From Azolla caroliniana (taxonomy: Eukaryota > Plantae > Polypodiophyta): a stretch of 64,000 nucleotides of DNA. This document shows positions 1 to 11,088 of this stretch, piece by piece. Every line of letters begins with the position of its first letter. The stretch's first letter is position 1. A program made the translations under genes and the position numbers. The stretch lies in assembly GCA_043228905.1 (NCBI GenBank), contig JBHGNT010000016.1, positions 13,826,001 to 13,890,000 of the forward strand. Reading direction: 5' to 3'. Below the pieces are notes generated by a model. It was not told the origin of the DNA, searched no databases, and saw only the letters and a program-made list of their open reading frames with translations.

Positions 1-985
1 TCCTTCAATGTTGTCGGCCACCATAGTCCACTCTGCCATATTTTCCTTGCCATAGCGTCTCCGGCATAATGTCCTCCAGCCACACCGCAGTGTGCTTCGC
101 GCAATATTATTTCCTTTTCGTCGTTGCGCACTGCACGCCGCCATATGCCATCTGCGCCTTTGTGGTACAGTGTGTCCTGTAATAGACAGAAGTGTCGGCT
201 TTGAACCGCAAAGCGTTTCCTTTTGTCTCTATTCATCTCCTCCGGAGGTAAGCCTGTGCTCAGGAATTGGTGCATGTTGGTGAGCCACTTTTCTTCCTCT
301 ACGACTGAACTATCTGTTGTCGTTTCTGCTGTGAATCTAAACAGCTCTGCATCAGGAAAGTCGTCTGGTACTCCGTCACCGGTTTCGCTGGAATGCAACC
401 AGCTTAAATAGTCCGCTACCGCATGTTGTATGCCGGGTCGGTGGAATATCTCGAACTCGAATTCTTGAAATAGTAACGTCCACCGGGCCAGATTACCGGT
501 GAGTGATGCTTTGGACACCAAATAGAGGAGCGCCGAATGATCTACGTGAAAGGAAAATTTCCTTCCCAACAGATAGTGTCTAAACTTGGTGACATTGTAG
601 ATCATACCCAAGGCCTCCCTTTCCGTTGTGGAGTAATTCCGTTCCACTTGGGACAGCTTCCGGCTGGCATAATAGACTGGCTGGTACCATTTCGGTTCTG
701 TCAATTGCATCAGTGCACTCTTGATTGCGATGTTGGACGCGTCAACGAACACATGGAACTCTTTTGACCAATCCGGGGGTTGCACCACCGGCGCTTGTGA
801 CAACAGTACTTTTAGTGCCCGGTAAGCCTGGTCTTCTGTGTTCGTCCATCGGAACGGTGTCCGATGTACCGCGGCATGCAGTGGTGTAGCCAGGTCTGCC
901 AAATACCAGAGCATTCGGCTATGCCACCGAATTTGTTCTAAGAACCGGCTTAGTGCCTTTGTCGTGGCTGGTGCGGGTGCCTCCC
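1..985 (-). pseudogene. Athila-like Gypsy pol fragment (RT end, RNase H, start of integrase), same family as 32638-35361
   Basis: Manual minus-strand translation gives ALSRFLEQIRWHSR...FHVFVDAS...NYSTTEREALG...FHVDHSALLYL...LYHKGADGIWRR, collinear with the 907-aa ORF; frameshifted and truncated at about 985. Confidence 0.88.
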
Positions 986-3080
986 GAAGGTCAATTTACT
1001 CTGTCGGTGATCTATACTCGGGGTACGACCAATTCTAGCTAGCCGTGGAGAGTAGGGATATCACGACGATGCGAACTCCTCTCGGTCTAGTGCGGATGTG
1101 TACCCTACCACAAGGAGGGACGAATTCGGTGGCGCATATGGTGAACACAATGAACAAGGTGCTGAGGGACTGCATCCCGGAAATCACCATGCCATTCTTG
1201 GACGACATCCCGATAAAGGGGTGTCCAGTGGAAGATGCGGACGAGACTGTCGGGCCGGATGGATGCCGGAGGTTCGTCGTGAACCACATCAACGATTGCG
1301 AGAAGGTGCTGCAGAGGCTCGAGAGAGCACGACTCACCTTCTCCGAAGAAAAATCTGCGTTCGGGCAGTTAGAGATCTTGGTGGTCGGACACCTATCCAG
1401 GTTAAACGCAAACTCTGGGGTATCATTTTGGCGGCGAAGGCCGATAAAGACTACCTGATCGGGACAGAGGTAATAATTGAGATGGACTGCCTGCCGATTC
1501 TCGGCATGGTTTCTAGATGCGTGACGCCGGACCTAGTAATGCTTAGGTGGATAACGTACATCAAGTCCCTGAATCCAAAGATATGACACATTTCTGGAAA
1601 AGACAATGCCATGGCCGACATGCTCTCAACGGCGAGGTTCGAAAACGAGGACGGCGTGGTATCGGAGGACGAGGAAGTCGGCGTAGATTTCTTCGAGGCG
1701 GCATACGTAACAACCAAAAAGGGGAGCACTCCGGTGCTTAACGAATTCGACGAGAGCAAGTATGACGGGGAGTGGCTCCAGATCGGTGGGCTCCTGAAAA
1801 CAATGACACCGGACGTGGCATGGACGAAGGAAGAGACCAACCGGATCCGGAAGAAAGCGTACCGATTCTTCCTTCGGGACGGGTACATATGGAAGCACCC
1901 GAAGAAGAGGGATGGCATCCCGCTCCGAGTGGTGGTGAAGGAGGAACAGGAGGAGTTGCTGGAGGCCTACCACGAGAGTCCCTGGGCCGGACACTGCGGA
2001 ACATGGGCCACGTTCGAGAAGCTAAAGGGGAAGTACTGGTGGCCGGGACTATACCGGGACATGCATTGGTTCGTGACAACTTGTGAAAGCTGTCAGATGC
2101 ACTCCATAGTCTGACACCGGGACGAGCTTCACCCGACCTACCCTCCGACCGTCCACTTCAAATGGATGGTGGATTTGGTGACGATGCCGATGGGGGTAGG
2201 ACGGATGCGGTATCTGGTGCTGGCTCGGGAGGATCTGACAAACCAGGTTGAAGGCCGAGAGCTGCAGAACAAAACGACCGCAGTTGTGTGCCGGTTTCTG
2301 ATCGAGGACGTGATATGTCGGTATAGGAGCGTAGGAAAGATCGTGGCTGACCGCCGAGAGTTGGACGCGCAAGAGGTTGAAGAGTTGTTTGACCGACTAG
2401 GGGTCAAACTCTCGCTAACCACAACGTACAATCCGGAGGCTAATGGGAAGGTGGAGCGCGGACACAAGCCGATTGTCAAAGAGCTAGTACGGGCCGCGAC
2501 TGCTACCTTATGCCTTGTGGGCGGACCAAACTACGCATAGTTCGGTAACCGGGTTCATGCCGGCAGAGCTTATGTACGGACAGAAGCCGATCATGCCAAC
2601 AGAGCGAACCATCTCTTCATGGGTCACGGTGGACTGGAGAATGAGATGAGCCAGGAGGAGCTGCTAGCAGCACGGATTCGACAACTCGAGCGAAGGCCGG
2701 AGGACGTGGAATGAGCCGCGGAAAAGCTTCGGTTGGTAAGGTTGAAGAACAAAGGGCGGTTTGACCAGACTCACCGACTGCGACCGAAGAAAATTGAGGA
2801 AGGCGACTGGGTCCTAGTGTATGACAGCAGCCTCGACAACCAGCACAGGGCAACGCGGAAGTTTGCAAGGAGGTGGTTCGGGCCTTACGTGGTGACAGGT
2901 GCCAACAACAACGGGACCTACCATCTTGCGGAGCTCGACGGTATGAGGATGGCAATACCGATAGCGGTGAAGAGGGTTAAAGCTTTTAAGAAACGACACG
3001 AGTGCAAGCCAGATCTAGAAAGCATGGACGGCGACGACGGGCAATCCGAGGCGGATGACGATCCGGAAGACGAGGAGTAA
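986..3080 (+). pseudogene. Degenerate pol (RT-RNase H-integrase) of the tRNA-Trp Gypsy family, 5'-truncated, with an internal deletion near 1395
   Basis: ORF pieces 1045-1458, 1611-2114, 2166-2540 and 2733-3080 match the 1166-aa ORF (PQGGTNSVAH, FLDDIPIKG, HESPWAGH, YNPEANGKVER, WFGPY); stops and frameshifts. Confidence 0.92.
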
Positions 3081-3142
3081 AGCATGGACCGGTTTTCTCC
3101 AGCAAGAGCCCAATTTTGGCGCATACCAGTGGATGCGCGGTT

Positions 3143-3155
3143 AGGTGGGGGCGGA
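3143..3155 (+). other. Polypurine tract of the Trp-family element
   Basis: AGGTGGGGGCGGA directly before the LTR start TGTCGTG; the same motif precedes the 3' LTR of the 10789-20060 copy. Confidence 0.8.
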
Positions 3156-3558
3156 TGTCGTGAAGAAAACCGTCCCTAGGAGGAAACCGAGTTTAGCATG
3201 TGTAGACTGGCCCTTATACGCAAGCACACTTTTCGTTGTATGGTAAGTAGGTAGGTACAAATCGGCTGACGTGAAATCCTAGGTAGCACGCATTCAATAG
3301 GGAGAGAATCGAGGTGTATCTCTGTCTGAAAGGATAGAGAATTAATGTGACGTAACGGATGATAACGGGCTCCCTCCTTGGGCTATAAAAGAGAGGGAGA
3401 GGAATGGAAAAGGTATCTCGCGTTAGAGAGGACGAAGTGCTGCCGGACTGGGACCGAGCCCTTCTCCTCTGCCACTCTCCATAGCCATTTTGCGCAGGTT
3501 TTTGGGAGGCTAACTCTGCTCCGTGGAACGCTCGTGTGCTTCCGGCAGAGCCTCCATC

Positions 3559-3985
3559 TGTCAGGAATAGTACTAAAACAGAGATGGAATTAGTACTAAG
3601 AAGAGTAGTACTATTAGTACTAAGAAGACAAGACTGCGTAAGATTCCCGAGAGAGAGGAAGTGAGAAGAGGAGAGAGAGAGAAATAGGATGATGACAGCA
3701 GCTCTTATATTATATGAAAAATAAGTACAAATCGGCTAAGAGGCTTAAGACTGGTGTTGAACCAATTTGGTTCAACATAATGCTTAGTGCCTTCTTTTAT
3801 AGTGTTCTCAGGAATAATCCTGAAGCTTCTAGAATGTTCCAGAGAAATCTGGAATATACATTACTTTCTTATAATAAAACATAAATGAAAATAATATTCT
3901 ATGAATTACAATAGATGGTGAGATGGTTAAGAGCTCGACCCATATACCATAAGGTCATGGGTTCGAGTCTTGCCATCTCATGACA
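3559..3985 (-). mobile_element. Solo LTR, chromovirus-like family
   Basis: TGTCA...TGACA termini; 5-bp TSD CCATC (3554-3558 and 3986-3990); shares GTTGAACCAATTT, TCTAGA motifs and the tRNA-like segment with LTR 21425-21891. Confidence 0.88.
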
Positions 3986-4088
3986 CCATCTCGCTCTTCT
4001 GTGTGTGAGTGAACAAGCATCGGTGTTCGCCTTGCTGGGCTGTTAGTTGTAACCGTCTTGATATATATATATATTTATATACATACGT

Positions 4089-4573
4089 TGTTATTGGTTT
4101 TAGGATTAGGGTTAATGATGATAATGATAAATATAGGAATAGGGTTAACAATCATGGTAGATTGATAATGTATGTGTGATGATGATGGTGAGAGATCATG
4201 AAGAACAAGACAACCATTGAGGGGTGGGGGGTGGTGCCTAGAATGGCTCCACCCCCCTCCCAAGGGGGTTCAACGTAAGGGGAGAGAGAGAGAGAGAGAG
4301 AGAAATGGTTATTCATGTTTCATTCATTCCCCATAAGGGGTTAAATAGTACAAGAGGGGGTAGATACATAGGGGTGTAAGCCCCCTCGAGCATTTATATT
4401 GGACACTCAATCACACCTCCTCGTATCCATCCACATGCACACACGTGTGCATGTGTTCACATACGTATAGACTCACAATTACATTTATGCCCCCTACACA
4501 TACACAACATCATGATAACATTCGACCCTCGCTCATCACACTTGACTCTCCGTACATCTCATACGGGGTAACA
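4089..4573 (-). repeat. 3' LTR of the non-autonomous element
   Basis: Direct repeat of 6771-7255; no differences seen by eye. Confidence 0.95.
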
Positions 4574-4578
4574 CAATA

Positions 4579-4601
4579 TGGCACGCCCATGGGAAAGTGC
4601 C
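4579..4601 (+). other. Inverted PBS-like / tRNA-3'-end-like motif at the PPT position
   Basis: TGGCACGCCCATGGGAAAGTGCC, 5 nt from the LTR; 21/23 identical to 29249-29271. Confidence 0.7.
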
Positions 4602-6754
4602 TTGATGATGATATTTCTTCGACCGGAACTTCCATCGGTCCTTTCAACGATCGAATCCCTCGATCGGAATGCTTGACTCAAACATCTTTGTCGGTTAGCA
4701 AATCGTCCACGACACAAACATTCTCGTTCTGTCGGCTTACGAACTTCATCATGGGTCCAAAAGCACGTTGTGTGTATGTGTGTTCTTCCTTTAATTTTGT
4801 GTGAGTTGTCGTTGTTGATCACATCCATTTCTCTAGGTGGATGAGTTTTTACAATTTCGTCGATGCCCTCAAGTTTATGAAATTTTAGGTTGTTACCCTT
4901 TGTTTTTGAAATATTATCAAATACCCTCATGTTTTAAAATTATGTTCCATACCCCTATCATTCTCTCTTGCCCTTTCTCTATTTTTCTTCCCGTCCTATC
5001 TTCTGCTTCAATTTCGTCTTTATCCATTCTTGTCTTCTTGTTTTTGTAATGCTCCGACTTCGTCTTTATCTCTAGGTTATTGTTGTGGTCCGTTATTACA
5101 CTCTCTCTTGTGCGTATCCCTCATCTCTTTCTACTTCTTTCTGCTTTCGTTTCCCGCTTCTCTTCTTCTTTTCTCTGTCTATTTTTCTTCTTCTTCTATA
5201 CCCCTCTTCTTTCCTTCTTGTGTTCCATTTTCCTCCTCTCTCTTTCTTCTTCTATCTCTGTTTCTTCCACTTCGTCCTTGTTCTGTTTTTGCGTTTCGGG
5301 GTAGGGAGGAAACGCGACCTTCACTCTCCCTTTGCTTGCACGTCATCTCCTTCTTTGTGCTGTCGTCGTTGTTTCCGTCCTTCTATATTCATTGTTGTCG
5401 CTTCTGTGGCCGTTGCTATTCATCGTCCCGGCACCTTTCATCTCTGTGTCGGTCATCACCATCTCCCTTTCTCGTCGTCGCTAGGCCTATCCGGCAAGTC
5501 TCCAGTCGGCTACCTGTTTTGGCCGAGATTCGTCGCATGACCACTCTATTCACTCGTCAATATTTGGCCATCTATCCGGCCGTTCTTCCGGCCTCCGTTT
5601 TGGCCGCGGTTCGGCTATGTCTAGCCGTTGTTGTCTATCAGTTGTCAGTTGGTTGCCGTCTTTGTCTTCGGCCCTTCTGGTCGTGTCTTTTCGGCCGGCT
5701 CTACAACCATTCGATGTTTGCTATTCCGGCCATCGTCCGTCGCTTTGTCCAGCGTGTCCATCGATTCCAGTCCTCCTCCCGCCGTCTATCCGGTCTTCGG
5801 CTATCTGATGCTTGTCCATCCCGTCCGCTCGTCTGTCCGGTTCGTCCAGCCAATTCTGCCATTGTTTGGCATCGTCATTCGTCTGACCGCTTTTACTCGG
5901 TCGTTTGTTGTCCAACCATCTTCGTCGCCAATTTTTCGCCACCGCCGCTGATTATTTGCCGCCACTCCTGTTGTTGTTCAGCTATTGTCCCAGCCATTTG
6001 TCTGTTGTCTTCCGGTCGTGCTTCCGGTCCGTCGTCCTGGTCGCCTGTCTGCATCCGGTTATTCCGACCAGTTTCCGGCCCTTCCGACCGCTCTCCAACC
6101 GCGCAAACTGTTGCCCGGTTGCTCTTCAGCCGTTGTTTGGCCGTTATTCGGCCATTCCGACCTCTCTACGGTCGCTCCGACTGTTGTCCGGCCACTTAGA
6201 CACTTTGGCTGCTATCCAGTCACTCCGGCCACTCTTGCCCGTTGTCCCGCCATTCCGGCGAGTTCTGCCCATTTGGTTGTACTTCTGGTTCCTTGTTCCG
6301 GGCCATTTGACTAGTCGTGTCTTTCCGCGTCGGTTTGTATTTCTTTCGCTTTCTTAATTGCCTTCTCCATCTTTGTTCCAACAATTCCCTTTGGTCCAAT
6401 CGGTTGCTTTCTGGCCATGTGTGTCCGGTCATATGTGGATAGAAATGCACTCTCGCATCTTTGGAAGATACAACATGTGGTGGTTGGGTCTCGCATAGAT
6501 CATAGGCTTTATTTCTCCCTTGCTTTTTTCTTCTTTCTTTGCGATCAGATCCAAGCCAAAAAGACCAATCACATGTCAAACAAAATACACTTGTATAGAC
6601 ATTAATTTGTATCAGAATCATGGCACTGATAATCAATCTGTCATTTCTTGCTTCTCATGCACATCATGGTCGCCATTTTTTGCATATTTCGTCGTCGTTG
6701 TCTCTGCCACGTATTAGCCTTTTTCGACTTCGTCTCGAAAGGGGGGTCGCCTTA

Positions 6755-6764
6755 GTGGTCGCCA
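6755..6764 (-). other. Primer binding site, tRNA-Arg type
   Basis: Minus strand reads LTR-CTATTT-TGGCGACCAC, identical to 38605-38620. Confidence 0.8.
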
Positions 6765-6770
6765 AAATAG

Positions 6771-7255
6771 TGTTATTGGTTTTAGGATTAGGGTTAATGA
6801 TGATAATGATAAATATAGGAATAGGGTTAACAATCATGGTAGATTGATAATGTATGTGTGATGATGATGGTGAGAGATCATGAAGAACAAGACAACCATT
6901 GAGGGGTGGGGGGTGGTGCCTAGAATGGCTCCACCCCCCTCCCAAGGGGGTTCAACGTAAGGGGAGAGAGAGAGAGAGAGAGAGAAATGGTTATTCATGT
7001 TTCATTCATTCCCCATAAGGGGTTAAATAGTACAAGAGGGGGTAGATACATAGGGGTGTAAGCCCCCTCGAGCATTTATATTGGACACTCAATCACACCT
7101 CCTCGTATCCATCCACATGCACACACGTGTGCATGTGTTCACATACGTATAGACTCACAATTACATTTATGCCCCCTACACATACACAACATCATGATAA
7201 CATTCGACCCTCGCTCATCACACTTGACTCTCCGTACATCTCATACGGGGTAACA
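6771..7255 (-). repeat. 5' LTR of the non-autonomous element
   Basis: Direct repeat of 4089-4573. Confidence 0.95.
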
Positions 7256-7450
7256 TACGTGTTCATATACTCAGACTTCTAGTCGTCTCGTTTTGTTGTG
7301 TTGTTGGACTGTGATTCCTGCGTGCTCCCGTGTCTGTGCGTGTGCAAGTGCGTCCGTTGCCTTTCCGTTCTCCTCCTTCTCAGCTATTTCTCGGTCCAAG
7401 ACCCCAGTGGTCCCGCCTCGTTCTCCACGCACACGCGTAACAACGCGACA

Positions 7451-7896
7451 TCGTGTTGGGGATCGTGTATGGCTTCTCCAACGCAACATCAAGACTAGTC
7501 ATCCTTGCGGTAAATTGGATTACCAACGTTTTGGTTCATACATGATCACTAGTAAGATTAGTGATGTTGCATTTTGTCTTGGCTTCCCTCCTCACATGCA
7601 TCTTCATCCGGTGTTTCATGTATCCCTTTTGTAACCTTATGCCACAAGTTCAATTCAGGGTCGTCTTATAACTCCCCCACCACCTGTTGAGTTCTTGGAA
7701 GGACCCGAATTTGAGGTCGCTGCCATTCTCGATTAGGTAGGCTATACCCCCAATGATCGAACTTGGGAACCTGCAACAAATCTTTCCAATGCCACAGACA
7801 TGGTCACCACATTTCATCGCAACTATCCCCATAAACAAGGTCCTACTACAAGGAGCCCTACGACCCATAAGACGTGTCGTCGAAGAAGGGGGATAG
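7451..7896 (+). pseudogene. Chromovirus integrase C-terminus / chromodomain remnant plus PPT
   Basis: RVGDRVWLLQRNIKTS..KLDYQRFG..LHPVFHVSLL matches ORF 21884-23431; GAAGAAGGGGGATAG precedes the LTR. Confidence 0.88.
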
Positions 7897-8382
7897 TGTC
7901 ATGATAACACTCACATCATTCCTCGAAGAAGGGATGATGACACTCACGTCATGCCTCGAAAGGATTTGAACCCACAACCTTGTTATACACATGTCAAATC
8001 CTTAACCATTGTGTGTATGGTTTTTAGAATATTTAATCTAGTATCATAAGATATTCTATATTACTTTATATTCTAGAATGTCCTAGAGTGTTCTATATGC
8101 TAGAACCTTCTAGACCTTCTAGACTACTAGATTACTCTATATTCTAGAATGTCCTAGAATATTCTAGAGTAATCTATATTACTCTATAGGGACTTATAAA
8201 TAGGGATCTATCAATCCTTTAAAAACCAAATTGGTTCAACGCCATCGTATAGCGCTCCATACTGTCTACTCTTTGTACTCCATCTAATATTGCAATACAA
8301 TACTTTCTTAACAATTCTCTCTTTCTATCTTAACATTATAACTCTTTTCCTCTGTCTCTCTCTCTTTCTCTTTGTCTTGACA
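7897..8382 (+). repeat. 3' LTR of chromovirus (Tcn1-like)
   Basis: TGTCATGAT...TCTTGACA; reverse-complement homolog of 21425-21891. Confidence 0.88.
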
Positions 8383-9570
8383 GTCAACACCAAATTAATC
8401 TACACAAAGATGCAAAGCCAGTCCACCAACGAAGGTATCATCTGAATCCTAACTATGCAATTAAAGTAAAAGAAGAAATAGATAAACTGCTTAAGGTCGG
8501 GTTCATTCGTCCCGTAAAAAAGGCTACATGGCTGAGTCCGATCGTGGTTGTGCCTAAGAAAAATGGCAAAATTCGGGTGTGTGTCGACTATCGGAAACTT
8601 AATGCAGCAACAGTAACGGATGCGTTTCCATTACCGTTTACAGATGGAGTATTGGATGCAGTAGCCGGTCATGAAATGTACAGTTTCCTGGATGGCTTTA
8701 GTGGATATAATCAAATAAGAATGCACCCGGATGATCAAGAAAAGACAGTCTTTGTCACCAAATGGGGAGTATTTGTGGCGATCGTAATGATGTTCGGGTA
8801 AAAAAGTGCTCTAGGCACATTTAAAAGAATAATACAGGAAATTTTTGGTGATTACATTCAAGCATTCATGCAAGTTTTCCTGGACGATTTTGCTCTCTAC
8901 AGTTGGAAGATGGGACACTTTGAACATTTACGATTATGTTTGGAACGTTGTCGGCAAGGTCGGCTCAGCTTGAATCCGGCTAAATGCGCGTTCGGGGTTA
9001 CCAGTGGAGCATTACTAGGGCACATTGTCAATCAAGAAGGAATTGCAATTGACCCAAACCAGGTCAAGGCGATATTAGATGCACCGGCACCAACGAATGT
9101 TAAGTCGATTTTTAGGGCAAATAAGATGGCATAGTTAGATGATCAGATATCTTGCTGATGTTGCAATTCCACTGCATACAACAGTACATAAAATGCCTTT
9201 CCAATGGACGATTGTGGAACAAGATGCATACGAATGTCTAAAGAAAATGTTCTCTAGAGTTCTGGTTGTCCAACCGCCTGATTGGAACAAACCATTTCAT
9301 GTGTTTGTCGATGCATCCGATGTAGCAATCGGAAGCACACTCTTGTAGTTATCCGAACCCAACTGGTACAGACTAGTATACTACACTAGTCGGAAATTGT
9401 CCAGAACAGAGAGGAATTATTCAACAGAAAGGGAAGCTTTGGGAATGTCCTATAGTATCAACAAATTTCAACACTACCTTCTGGGAAAAAAATTTACATT
9501 CCATGTTGATCATTCTGCTTTACTATATTTGGTGTCCAAGCAAGAAGTAACGGGCAAATTAGCACGTACC
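8383..9570 (+). pseudogene. Athila-like Gypsy RT-RNase H remnant
   Basis: KIRVCVDYRKLNAATVTDAFPLPF, QVFLDDF, FHVFVDAS, FHVDHSALLYL, with stops; same family as 32638-35361. Confidence 0.92.
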
Positions 9571-9599
9571 CTGAAGAACTGAGGGAAGGTCGTGTTACC

Positions 9600-9900
9600 A
9601 TAGTCAGTAACACATTGAACTTGCCCCTCTTGTATGGTCCTTAACAAGTTGCATATGTGAAATAAAAAATGTATCTTGTTCGACGTATTAAGTGACAAAT
9701 ACGAATGACACAATCCCCTCAAGTTTTTTCCTTTCCAAATCTCGAAAGACAAAGATTCCCACAACATGGTTTTCTTGTATCAAACGCAATTTGACAATCT
9801 GAACACAAAAAATTATATCTTTTGACACTCCCTTAGTTCTTTAGGATTTCTTCTAAAATTATATCTTTTGACACTCAGGATTTCTTCTAAAATTAAGAGG
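9600..9900 (-). pseudogene. Fragment of the N-terminal region of the Sola-like transposase
   Basis: Shares AACAAGTTGCAT, GTATCTTGTTCG and GAACACAAAAATTATATC blocks, in order, with 46240-46420. Confidence 0.6.
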
Positions 9901-11088
9901 TTGGTTAACGCAATCCTCATTCGTTGCTGAATCAATCATTTCACTATTTGCAACAACTTTACTCTTTTGGATATCATTGTTTGACTTAAACTATGTTGTG
10001 AAGGATTCCAGCCATTGTCTTTATGTACAAACATGTAGAAAATATCATACTATTAGTTGACTATTGAGCAACACCAGGTAGAAGTGATTTGGATGGGTAC
10101 TTTAATGTCCCACACGTATAGAGAGGAATTAGAAGATATCATGTTAGAGAATCGAGGAGAGAATCAAGGATAGGAAGCGGCTATCTTAATAGCCTGATGT
10201 AACGACTTCTCCCCGGGTTTGAGCTATAAAAGGAGGGAGAGAAGGATGTTGAAGGGAGCCAACATTTTTGGAGAATGAAGTGGTGTAGTTTTGAGTTCCG
10301 AGTTTTGTCATTCCCTCAATTTTTGTTCCGTGCTGGTTTTCAGGAAGGAGGTGAAGGCCTCTGCTCTCGTAGGAAGCACGTGTGCTCCCAACCAGAGGCC
10401 CATCATCCCGTGTAGTGTGTGCGTAAAGAGATCGAGGCGCCTTCGTAGGCCGCGCTCTGATGTAATCTTTTCTGTTTCTTTGTGAATCATTAGTTTTGCT
10501 GAGTCTCTTCATGTGTTTGGGCATCCCTATGTTCTTATCTCTATTCTATTCCTATATGAGTGTGTGTTTCCGAGGGTGTGAACCCGTGAGCTCAACGCTA
10601 CTATCTAACAACCGGTCCAGAACAGTATACATCTTTGGGCCCGTGCGCTCACCGTCCGGCATCTATTGATTGATCTAGATCGGATACGTGTCCGGAAACT
10701 GATCCAACGAAGTTGTCTGGAAATGATTAGGATAGCCATTCTTCTCTTATTAGCTCCTTGGTCCAAGACCCTAGTGGTTCCGCCCCGTTGTCGCGATGTT
10801 TTGCGCGCGCGTGTTACTTGGGCGGGACCACGTGGGTCTCGGACTAGGGAGTACTCAAGGGATAGAGAAGACCCGAGGTTTGCTTTATGACAATACTACT
10901 TCCCCACCCCTTTCCGAGCAAGGTCTCGTTCCCCTTTTGTTTTGTGAGGCCGGTGGCTCTCGTTGATCACGACTCGTCGACCTTCCGAGATCACCGTACG
11001 AGCCAAGTGACCAAACGAGTACAAGCAAGATGAGCACACAACATGAACACACAAGGGGACGATAACACAAACACGAATGTCCATACGG

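Larger units (their letters stand above)
4089..7255 (-). mobile_element. Non-autonomous LTR retrotransposon (LARD/TRIM-like), 3167 bp
   Basis: Two 485-bp LTRs with TG...CA ends; TSD TACGT (4084-4088 and 7256-7260); PBS shared with the Athila-like element; no gag/pol similarity inside. Confidence 0.93.
3156..7450 (+). mobile_element. 3' LTR of the Trp-family Gypsy (about 690 bp net), split by two nested insertions
   Basis: Termini TGTCGTG...CGCGACA; TATA-like CTATAAAA near 3384; 3' end similar to 10760-10788; segments 3156-3558, 3991-4088, 7261-7450. Confidence 0.82.

Noticed and set aside
3909-3980. Functional tRNA genes here and at 7962, 12240, 19755 and 21781
   Set aside because: Acceptor, anticodon and T stems do not pair adequately; reported only as tRNA-like cassettes
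5030-6199. 389-aa plus-strand ORF in the non-autonomous element
   Set aside because: Low-complexity S/L/F/R/P/C composition; an A-poor strand rarely forms stop codons, and several frames are open; no recognisable domain
4089-7255. Plus-strand orientation with TGGCACGCCC as the ordinary PBS
   Set aside because: In the autonomous relative gag-pol fixes TGGCGACCAC as the 5' PBS; the LTR TATA is on the minus strand; no PPT exists at the other end either
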